Shown one piece after another: positions 53,955-64,000 of a stretch of DNA of 64,000 nt. The stretch comes from Owenia fusiformis (lineage: Eukaryota). Position 1 is the first letter of the stretch. Every line of letters starts with the position of its first letter. Position numbers and translations under genes: made by a program. The notes beneath the pieces were generated by a model. It searched no databases, was not told the origin of the DNA, and was given only the letters and a program-made list of their open reading frames with translations. The DNA lies in contig CAIIXF020000001.1 of NCBI GenBank assembly GCA_903813345.2, forward strand, positions 11,966,001 through 12,030,000, given 5' to 3'.

Positions 53955-55732
53955 AGTCTATTCAAAGTACACTATACTGTAAATGAAAATGTTTTATAGC
54001 ATTAAAGTAAGTGGGTGCAGCACCCACCTGAGATTTTTAAAACAGGCTTGCACCTACCTGAAATTCCATTTGCACCTACTTAAAAATGAGAAAAATCATG
54101 AAAAATTGATCATATTTTGACCAATTTTGGTCTGAATTGTGAAAATGATAATTTTGCACCCACCTGAGAAAAAGTCCTTTGGAGATCACTGGTAGGTGTA
54201 TAATTATGTATATTTATATATTGATTTTGGCTTGCACCATCCCTGAGCACTTTCCTTATAAGTAGTTTTGTCACTGCATGCTGACATGATGACTATTCAT
54301 CTTACACCAGATCAAAAACTGATACTGTCCTTTTTGTACATTCCAAAATTTAAAAGCATACAATTTAGTTGAAACCCATCCAACAATATCTTGAAAGCAT
54401 GACAATATATGACAAACATACCCATGGCCAATTTGATATCTGAAATAGGCGAATCCAAACAAAAAACTGAAGGAGATGTTTATGTCACTGTTCACTATGT
54501 GAAATTACTTCATATATGTGTTACATGTTTAAATCACAGCAGTTTTCTTTTTAAAAAATGATGTTTAATGCAGGATGCATCCATGATGCATAATCCTATG
54601 ATTAATTCACTGCAACACTGACATGTCAAAACGTAGAATAATTTGTAGTTTGAAATGTTTATTTTGGATCCCATTGAGCACCATGGAAAATCATTGGCTT
54701 ATACAGGTGTAGACTCTAATCAAGTGTCAAGCTGGGAGAAATTTATTATTGTAAGGGATAAGGTATCATTAAACAGTCAAATAATGTATGATAAAAGCAG
54801 TAAAACTATGTCCACTTTATACCATCTCTAATGTGTTTTAAAGTTTCACTTTTTGTTGTTGCCAAGATATAACAGTTAATAGCATCTTCGATCAATTAGG
54901 TCCGGACAAAGTCAAGAGCAAAGATATGTTTATTAGATAGTGGTGAACAATTATTAAAGTTCTAAGTTTTAAAACAAATTTTACAAATCAAAGATGGTTT
55001 TATTAGATAATGGTGGACAAAAAAGATGTTAGAACTTATATCATTCAATACGTGCCTGTTTGAAACTAGAACCTTAAATGGTTGAGATTAAGTGTTGATA
55101 CTAGTTAAAAGGTTTATTTTAATGCTTCTGTTTTTCTTTTAGGTATTTCATTTGAGAATATTTGGACCAGGTTTTCAAAGATCCATGTACCTTATGACTG
55201 TTTTTAATACATCTTATCGTGTAGTAGTTTCTAGTATAAAGAATCTTGCCAGTGATTTTTTGACTATGCATGCTTTTAATTATGTTTTGTTTACTTTTCA
55301 AGGGAATATACAACAGTTGTAACCAATTATTTGAAGAACTTATTTACATTTCTCCCGATCTTGTATTACAAACAGTGCAGAAATAATTTAGTCAACTTGC
55401 TATTTGATTTTTATGTTTACACAAAATATTTTCAAAATATAAAATCTGTGTATTTTTCAATTCCATCTATACTATCAAAATCAGTTTTAAAATTGTACAA
55501 ATAGATTTAGTAATTCGACCTGTGGACGTATAATATCATTTAACAATGTTGCAATATGTCTAAGTAACAAGACACCATATTAAACCTACATACACTACCC
55601 GAGAATTTTAGAAACTTATTTTACACCATTTACACCTATACATTTGTGTTTTCAAGTAGTTTACCCCATTCAAAAAACTTATCAAAGGCATTCAATTCAT
55701 CATGTAGCAACTGACAAAGAAACGGAACTCAC

Positions 55733-55751
55733 CTCCGCTGAGATTGTACAT
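55733..55751 (-). CDS. GLI: Probable distal alternative first coding exon of Gli (MYNLSG), splicing to an internal acceptor at 36344
   Basis: ATG TAC AAT CTC AGC GGA G|GTGAGT, a phase 1 strong donor with an upstream in-frame TGA. It joins in frame to cttcctgattctcttcttgtag|AT CTT GGA TTA AAG. Confidence 0.55.
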
Positions 55752-58420
55752 GTTAGGAGCAGTAGATGTAATAACTCCAATGTTTCACAATGATGCAGAG
55801 AACATATCGCAAATCACAGCAAGTCTGTAGTTTACTGTACAAGTGTGTTGGCCAGCCAGCCGTGTCACTCTCCACTTGGTTAACCCTATTCTCCCCAGGC
55901 AGATCTAGAAAACATTTATAACATTAAATATATCGTTAACACAGTTGAATTGACTAACACATGGAGAGTCATTTCTATTGGTCTGTTTGAGGAACTACTG
56001 AGCGCTATTCAACAAAACTTATGACCCGCCAAAATTACAAGTTGTCTATTGAAATATTGGAGCCCTCAAGCACACTTTTATTTAGTGGTATTCATACAGA
56101 TATCAATACAAATGGCTGTCTAATGTCTATCCTCACCTAAAATTTATCAGGGCTTTATTTTAAGAAATATGTAGACAGAGCAACTGAGAAAAACTAACAA
56201 ACGCCACCTTTTCTGAGTGAGGCTTGAATATTCCTTGGTTGAATCAAACAATCAAATAATAAAAAAAAAACTTCAATGACCCAAATGGTATTATAGAAAT
56301 GTGTAAAACATATAAAGATGTGTTTAAAATATAATATTACAAGATTTAATGATTATTCAATAAAACAATTTACAATTTGATTTCACTGACAATATATAAT
56401 ACTGAATATTCAAAATTGTTATCACCCCAAAAAACTCAAAATTTACCACATCTTTATTTTAAGAACTCATTACTAAGTGAGTTAAACATGCAGTTATCTC
56501 AGTAAAATCTTTAACTCTATTGTATTTTTATATTTCTTTCTGTAAAGAGTACCTTTAACGGCCTTTAACTGAGATAAAGCATAAGATTGTTGGTTTTTAC
56601 ATTTCTTTTGCATGATCAATTGATCATCCAGTAATGTTGCAAAAGTATTTTTAATAGAGCAATTCACAATTTCAAATTAGATGTTTTTATAAATATCAAC
56701 TTAACATGCAATAAGTAATCACTAAAATAAGACTTTATGTTGTATTAGGTATATAATATAAAAAAGATTTCAAAGGATTCTGCTACCTCCCATGTTACTT
56801 GTTGATTCATATTTCAATATACCCTTTAAAATATTAGCTGAAAAAACCACAACCTATTTTCTATTGTGGGTGAAGTGTTAAAACAGAGACAGCTTAACAG
56901 TTGCTGAATACCCTCATCAAACATGTTCCAATACTTCAGACATAGGTATGTTTCTCATGATGATTCTCACAGTACTTGAAATAAAAGTAATTTTCTGATA
57001 ATTTGGTGATATTCAATGATTAGTGAATAGTACAATAACTACAATTAGTCAATACTCAACAAGCTCTTTTTAAAGACTCCCTGAGAAAAGCGAGTAGGAG
57101 CCCATTGAAACTGTCTCAAATACAGGAACACTGGGCTATATTTGTACATGTAAAGGTTACAGCAGACGTGATATTATATATTTGATTAACTGATTTTACA
57201 TGCACTGTCAAAACCTTGGAAAATATTTGCACAAATAGTCAAACAAATGATATAAGAAATAAAACAACATTATAAATAAACAATTTTCATAGCTATTGCT
57301 TTTTCCAAGCAGTCTCATTCGCAGGAAAATAATACCCCATTCAAAGACGTTCATGAATTTCACATCTAATAATATGACCAGCGCCAGTTAGCATATCATG
57401 CATTTGGTATTAAATTTTCTAGACACAATAATAATTACAAGAATTTGACTCAATACAATAAACCAATTTGGCTTATTCCATTTTCATTTTTCTAATTTAC
57501 AACATGCAACTAAGTGCCACCTTGACACTGCATTATTCACAAGACTGATCTAATGATATCTTGTTTTTTTTGAGTCTACTCAAATGTGTAAAATGATGGC
57601 ACTAGAATGAACATAAATTATCACAAATATTCAATTATCACAGTTAGTGTCAGTTTATGAACTGAGTATGCCTTGTTATTTAACCAAAGACAGCTGGCTG
57701 TGATATCCATTAATTTGAGGAACAATGCAACAATTGTTCTTCAAGCAATTCTAATGCACTGATAACCTTCAAAAACAGCAAAGATTACACAAGGTGTTTA
57801 AGGCCAGACAAACCAAGTCCCGAAGATGATTTATTGAAATTTAAATATGGCTAAAGACAATACATCAGGACAATATATCTGAGTATTTACATGCAATTAG
57901 TTTATTTGTACAATTAAGGACTGGCAGGCCTGTTTTTTAGACCTTCAAGGCTATATGTAACAAATTGATATATTTTAAAGAAAAGTAAATTAGGACTTGT
58001 AATTAGCCTTTTTTAGAATGAACTTCATGAAGTGAACGAACATTCTCAAGTTTTCGTATCTCAAACAGTTTGATCGAAAATCCTGAATGTTTAGAGACTC
58101 ATCAGCTAACCCTTCATTAGCAACCCAAATTAAAACAACCCATCAGATATTTCTTTTTCTTGTTGCAATGTCATGATGGCTGTATTAAGATATTATGAAT
58201 TATGACTGACAATTCTGTTCTCAAAAAATATGTTTCAGCTTCTTGGCGCCAATTTGGAGATAACACAATTTCAAAATCCTCTTTTCTTGATCACTAAAAA
58301 TTAAAGACCAACTTGACTCCAGGTGACTAGAGATGGAAAACTTGATGTGAAACAACCTGGAATGATGTAGAACCATGTCTTAAAATGACCCTTTCCTTCT
58401 ACCATTTGCATGAAGACCCA

Positions 58421-58625
58421 AGGCCTGTAGCCAGAGGAGGGGGGGTCACGGAAGGGGCGGCTGCTTTCCCCATCGCCAGAAATTCTTTCAAAATCATGCA
58501 GTTTTTTCACCATTCTGAGCATTTTTTGCATTGCTTTTTGCCCAAACTGTCAAAAAGCTCCCCTCTTGGCAAAAACTCCCCCTTGGTAAAACCGCTCCCC
58601 CCTGGTAAATCCTGGCTACAGGCCT
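58421..58625. mobile_element. MITE with AGGCCTGTAGCCAG / CTGGCTACAGGCCT TIRs
   Basis: 14-bp perfect TIR. Interior TTCAAAATCATGCAGTTTT.CACCATTCT is shared with 42080-42110 and, inverted, with about 14505-14530. Confidence 0.75.
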
Positions 58626-61600
58626 GCACCTCGACAATGGCTTCTTGCAGCATGTACCTTACATACTATTGTTAATATTCATTTCACATTCAAACTCCCA
58701 TAAAAGGCCATAGAAGTTTCATTTGAGATTGTTAAGATCTCATCTGCATAATATTGCAGAATCTTCTGTGATAGTAAGAGGGTAATGTGGCAAGCCAATG
58801 GGAATCAGGGTGATTGAGATTTGAGGTGTTCTTTTAGTTTATTTCAAGTTGAAGGCAGAAAGATGTGATGAGTATCAGAATGGGGTGATTCTAGGATAAA
58901 AACATCCACAATTAAACTCACATTCTAAACAAAGAAGGGAAAATTAGTCTTGCTTCAAGAATGAACCCTAATGTATTTCACCTTCCAAACAATACAACTA
59001 TTACAGTCTTGGGGCAAAACTATGGGAAAATCTAAGATCTCTATTGCTTGAACAATCAATCAGAAGTCAAGCACATCATTAACCTTGACATCTCCATCTG
59101 AGATGTAAACCATGTATAAGATTTAGTACACAGTAGGTAAGGTCATGTATAGATCCACTAGTACTAGCACCACATATCCTGTGTATATGTAGTTTACTGG
59201 TGTTTTCAATTCTTTATTTTTTCCATTTTTTTGAAGCAATAAATAAACTTAAGTTAGGCGTTGACCCTTATTGTTCCTTTATTTTTCTCAGAGAAAAGGT
59301 ATTCTTTATTTACTGCCAAAACACCACTAGTTTTTTCTGTGAATGATATAGCCATACATTAAGACATTCACCTACCTACTTATCATGTATGTTGTAAATT
59401 AGAAATGTCTATGTTCTTAGAGGATTTTCGAGATCTCACCGGGCTTGTTTGTAGGTAAAATATAGCCCATGTAGAGCTCAGTCCAGCCCTGTTCTTAGTA
59501 TGTGCTGTGTGTGAAGTCGTGTCAGTTTAATTGACAGGCTTAACACATCATGAGCAACCTCAACAACTGTTGTTTCAATCTCGCAACTTTCCCAATGTGA
59601 ATGCACATTTATTTTTTTGGAAACAGAGACAATACAGACTTTAGCACACACAGACAATTTTCTCAATTTTTCATTTTGTAAGGCCTACACAGGGAGAACC
59701 TGATGTTCGGTAAATCAATTTCAATGACTTCATCATATTTTGTTGTGTACTTGAATGAATGATGGCTACACATGTTAAAATATATGCTAACATCTTAAAC
59801 GTAAGATAAAAATCATTATGAAACATTTGTGCTCTCTAAGTAGAGTTATAAGCAGCTGCATCAGCTCAACTACGAGGGTCTAAATCAGCTCCATGAACTT
59901 CATTTTTGCCTAATGATTATTACTATTTTGTTTCTTTCATTGTCTCATATCAAGTGTGGATGTCTGACTAAAAAACACACTCTCTCAATTAACTCACATT
60001 TTAGTAATTCAATGGCCAAAAACACAAGTGTTGCACAATTAAGACTTGAGTAGGAACATACTGTCATTTTTTTATATATTCAATGTCAAATGTTTTGTCT
60101 CTAACTCAAGGATGCAAAATATAAGCATAAAGTAAAAAGCAAGCTTGTTGGATCACAACTAAATGAAGACTTTCAAATCTACTCCAGGAAGTCCATCATA
60201 ACATTCTGCAATTTTCTTTTTTCAACTAGCGATTTCATTTTTAACTATTAATTCTGGAATAAAAATAAGGACCTCTTTATTAAAGAATCTATACCCTTGT
60301 TAAAAACCAAAGTAAGCGATTAAATATGATCTGCAACTTATTTCAAATATCTGGAAACAATCATTCTGAGCATCTTCGTCATGTCTTTAGAGGTCTCAAG
60401 AAGAAAAGAGTTGCCATTCATTGTTAGCGAGGGGAAACAGATACGCAGAAAGCTACATCAAAAATACAAATTAAACCACTCATTGAAGATAAATGGATGA
60501 CCAATGCACCAATTAACTTCCAAGAAGTTTGAAAAATGTCTGCCAGTTGAGCATCTGACACAGCAGGGGGACTCTGGACTCTACTTTTAACTGGTCATAT
60601 AATACTTCCAGACAATCTATGAAACCTTAGACTTTAATCCAAAATATGACTTTTTACCTTGGGCTCTCTCTGAATGTTTCATCAGGATTGATTGATCAAA
60701 AGTTACATATATGACAAAACATACAGTTATATATTTTTGTTAACATTTTTTGAGCGACAAAGCAGTTTTAATGCATATCAATCCAAATAATAATTGATGT
60801 GATGTTCATGCATACATCTTGAAGTTACATTTACAGTACATGCCTTTCCTTACTCTTTATAAGTCATTCTTCAATCATAAAAACATGATCCTGTCTACAT
60901 GCTGGTTGAAGCCTGACCGGAAAAGGAAATTCATAAGCATACACAATATGTTAGTATTTCTCTTTTGATTAAGAGCCATTTTGGCAAATAAAAACTATGA
61001 ATGCTCAAACCTGAGCCAAGAATCATGCATTACCGAACATACTCCATCAATAGGAGACAATCAATATCCAAACAAGCCACTTTGCAAGAAAAACTTAAAA
61101 TAAATTACGAAAATCATATGTCTGTTTTTCAGAGGTGAACCAGAGATAACAAAGAAACAGACAAAAACATCACAGTGGGAGCAACAGACAAACATCAGAA
61201 CTTACGGTTCACAGCTTCAGTTTGGTGTTTAATCCAGTTAAGACAGCTAAACCTCCCTGATGTAAATCCCTTCCGTTCTAATCCAGTATGTCTCTATAAA
61301 ATGCTTCACAACATGTATGGTTTAGCTTCTCTCCAAGAGGTTTCTTTATTTCCACAAGCAAGATCTTTGTAAGCAGCCATAGAGTGCAGAGTGCTTGTAA
61401 TAGTATCCTGTGGCCAATGGCTGTAACACACAAGATAAATACAGGTTCAGTTTCACTCAAGTTTAAGACGGATTCAGGAAGGATTCAGGAATCTCCCGCA
61501 GTGGTATAAATCGTCATGGTAGCCATGTTTTATAAAGTTTAAAATAGAGTATAAAAAGGAATTATCTATCATTAAAGTACAGAATTATGAAGAACTTAAA

Positions 61601-64000
61601 TTGTCAAAAAGCCAGGAAATTCAATTAATTTTTACATAAATATCTTTCATACAAATATTAAAAATTCGAAACCTCTCAGTAATAAGAAAGAATCATGATT
61701 AATTACCATTGAGGATGTGAAAAAGTTTAACTTTAAAAAGAGATTACAACTCCTGGGAAAGTATATGCTGTGCCATCATGAAGTTAACTAAAGAGAACCT
61801 TAACACTAGCTCCCCCAATTAGCAGCACCAAGAACTAAAGTTTTAAAATTGGATTCTGTACACTTTTCATTATTTTACTTATCACAATTTTATCAATATA
61901 TATATTCTCCTGACAAAGAAGTACAGATAAAGTATAACAAGACATGATAAATGCATATTTTAACCCTAGAAAGACCCCAATGCATTAGTATGTTTAAGTA
62001 GGTTTCAATAACATTTTGATACTCATCACATTTACTTGAATCTTACAGTAGATATTCCAAATACAGAAATTGTTATGGTATTCTACGTTTTATCAATGCC
62101 AAATTTGATATTTTCCTCACAACCATGCAGACAATTAGTAGACCTTCACTTGAATATCTTAATTAATCAATTAGATGATATCCACCAAACAAGATTCTGA
62201 TAATTATCTATCTCTACTATCATTCTGATATTAATAGGATTACTTGTGTTGTCATAGATACATATGATATAACAATTACACTGAAACGGATATGTGTAGA
62301 AATAAACATTATCAAAAGTCAATAAAGTAAGCCAGAAGAGTTGAAGAATAAAATATGAATTGAACTCAAATTAATCAAAGTGAATATAAAGCTCATCTAG
62401 CACAAATCATGAATACCATAATAATGGCAATATGAACTTCATTTTTATCATTTAACTCTTGACTGACTAGTAGCCAACCGTGATGTTTTCTCAGAAAAGA
62501 CAAGACTGAGAAAATAAGATTCAATTTTGAAATCAGAAAACGTAAGGAGCAAGGCTAGAAAAATCTAGAATAAATTCAAGAAACCCGAATTCAAAATATA
62601 ATCATTACTTCTTCAAATGGAGGTGGGTCAAATTCTCAAAAGTGACAATTTGCCACATACCTCCCCTAGTTGATGTATGATGATATAACTATGTAACTGA
62701 TAATTAGCAGATCCTAATCTGTCATTAGGATGTTAATTTTCCCTCCAGTTCTAGGATGCACTAATACAGGGGAATTAAACACCTAATGGGGCCATTAACA
62801 AGGAGTAATTAAATCAAGCTGTCTTTGATGGAATAGCTTACTGGTTAGAAGAGTAATATTTCAAGAATATGGCTAACCCTCATCTCGATTCATAAAGTTC
62901 CAGTTGCTCCAACTTATTACCACTTAGACGTCTAAGATGGCCAAACCCTGTGAAAAGATCTTTTCAAATCCAAGATACTGAATGAATTCTATGATATGAT
63001 GAGTATAAAAATTCAAAAAGTTCCACCTCAAAAATTCCTACAAGTTAACTTGAGAAATCAGTCAAGATTCTGCAAAGCGGTATTTCACACAAAGACTGAT
63101 ACGTTCAGCACCAGTTGCCTCTTGGCACACCTGTGCACTGATGTGTGACTTTGATTCACTTCACAACATGTCAACCTTCATTTACTTCATCATCAATTTT
63201 CCTTACTTCCTGATAAACTGCTGATTGATGGCAAACTGAGAGTTCAAAGTTTTTCAAGACTATAAATGTCAAGATCATTTCATTATACCCTTTTCAATTG
63301 TTTTCTTCAAAAGAGGGTTTCTGTATTTAACTACAAGCCACTGGGTACTTTCACCATGATAATAACAAAAAATGTCTTATGACTCCCCCCTGTCCACCAT
63401 AAACACACACCATCTCCTTGGTAGGAGGATAGGGGGGATTTGTTGTAATAAGACCAAAAGGAATGTCTTCAAATGTTAAGCAATTTATCTAAAAACTGGG
63501 TGTTTCAGAACTATTTTGCAACAAGAAACAAGAAAACTTCATAAAAAACTCCTTATTCATTCATATCATGTAGAATAAATCAGCACCACAAGTGTTCCTC
63601 TGGAGATAAATGACTTGCAACCATCTCAAACTTTGGACTACCTACTAGAAAAGTAAATCTCCTCCATAAATTTGATATGGCCAACAGGTGCAATGGCCAT
63701 TAATTCAAGACTTTGGAGGTTGGTCCAGCTATAAAGACAACATCTGAAATCTATAGCTTTCTCTACTTTGAAAAAAGATATCAAAGATGCAGACTTGTAT
63801 GTGGGAAAATATCCATCAGCTAAATTCTACTAATCTTTAGACACTTAACTTCAACTATCTATCATTAATAAGATAATGAACTAAATTATAAATGATAATT
63901 CAAAATTGAAATTTCCTGGTCATCTTCACGCGAACTCTTGTTGGTTGCTCTCATTGGATGAGGAACAAAATTTATAAACAATAATTAAAAATTGAAATTT

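Noticed and set aside
36737-61460. Numerous 60-112 aa ORFs in the Gli 5' region
   Set aside because: AT-rich or transposon-derived, with no recognisable domains and no consistent exon chain

Overview
AT-rich, intron-rich animal genomic DNA. The repeat families and Gli features suggest an invertebrate, probably a lophotrochozoan (inference). Three spliced protein-coding genes were reconstructed by hand with frame-consistent GT-AG junctions. (1) A Gli/Cubitus interruptus transcription factor on the - strand: 16 coding exons at 22568-36510, about 1476 aa, plus a probable distal alternative start exon at about 55733-55751. (2) An 11-exon coiled-coil gene on the - strand (1940-17855, about 405 aa, CCDC159-like by recollection). 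(3) A 7-exon type I membrane lectin-like gene on the + strand (11120-16682, about 565 aa), nested antisense inside intron 1 of gene 2. The most unusual element is a 2.25-kb array of about 77 copies of a 29-bp unit in intron 2 of gene 2. Most units carry CAG|GTGAGTAT, a near-perfect U1-complementary 5' splice site, in the host sense orientation. The rest is non-autonomous DNA transposons (Tc1/mariner relic, MITEs, Helentron-associated-like elements) and about 27 kb of Gli 5' intronic/regulatory DNA. No tRNA, rRNA or CRISPR was recognised. All gene models are manual and lack transcript support.
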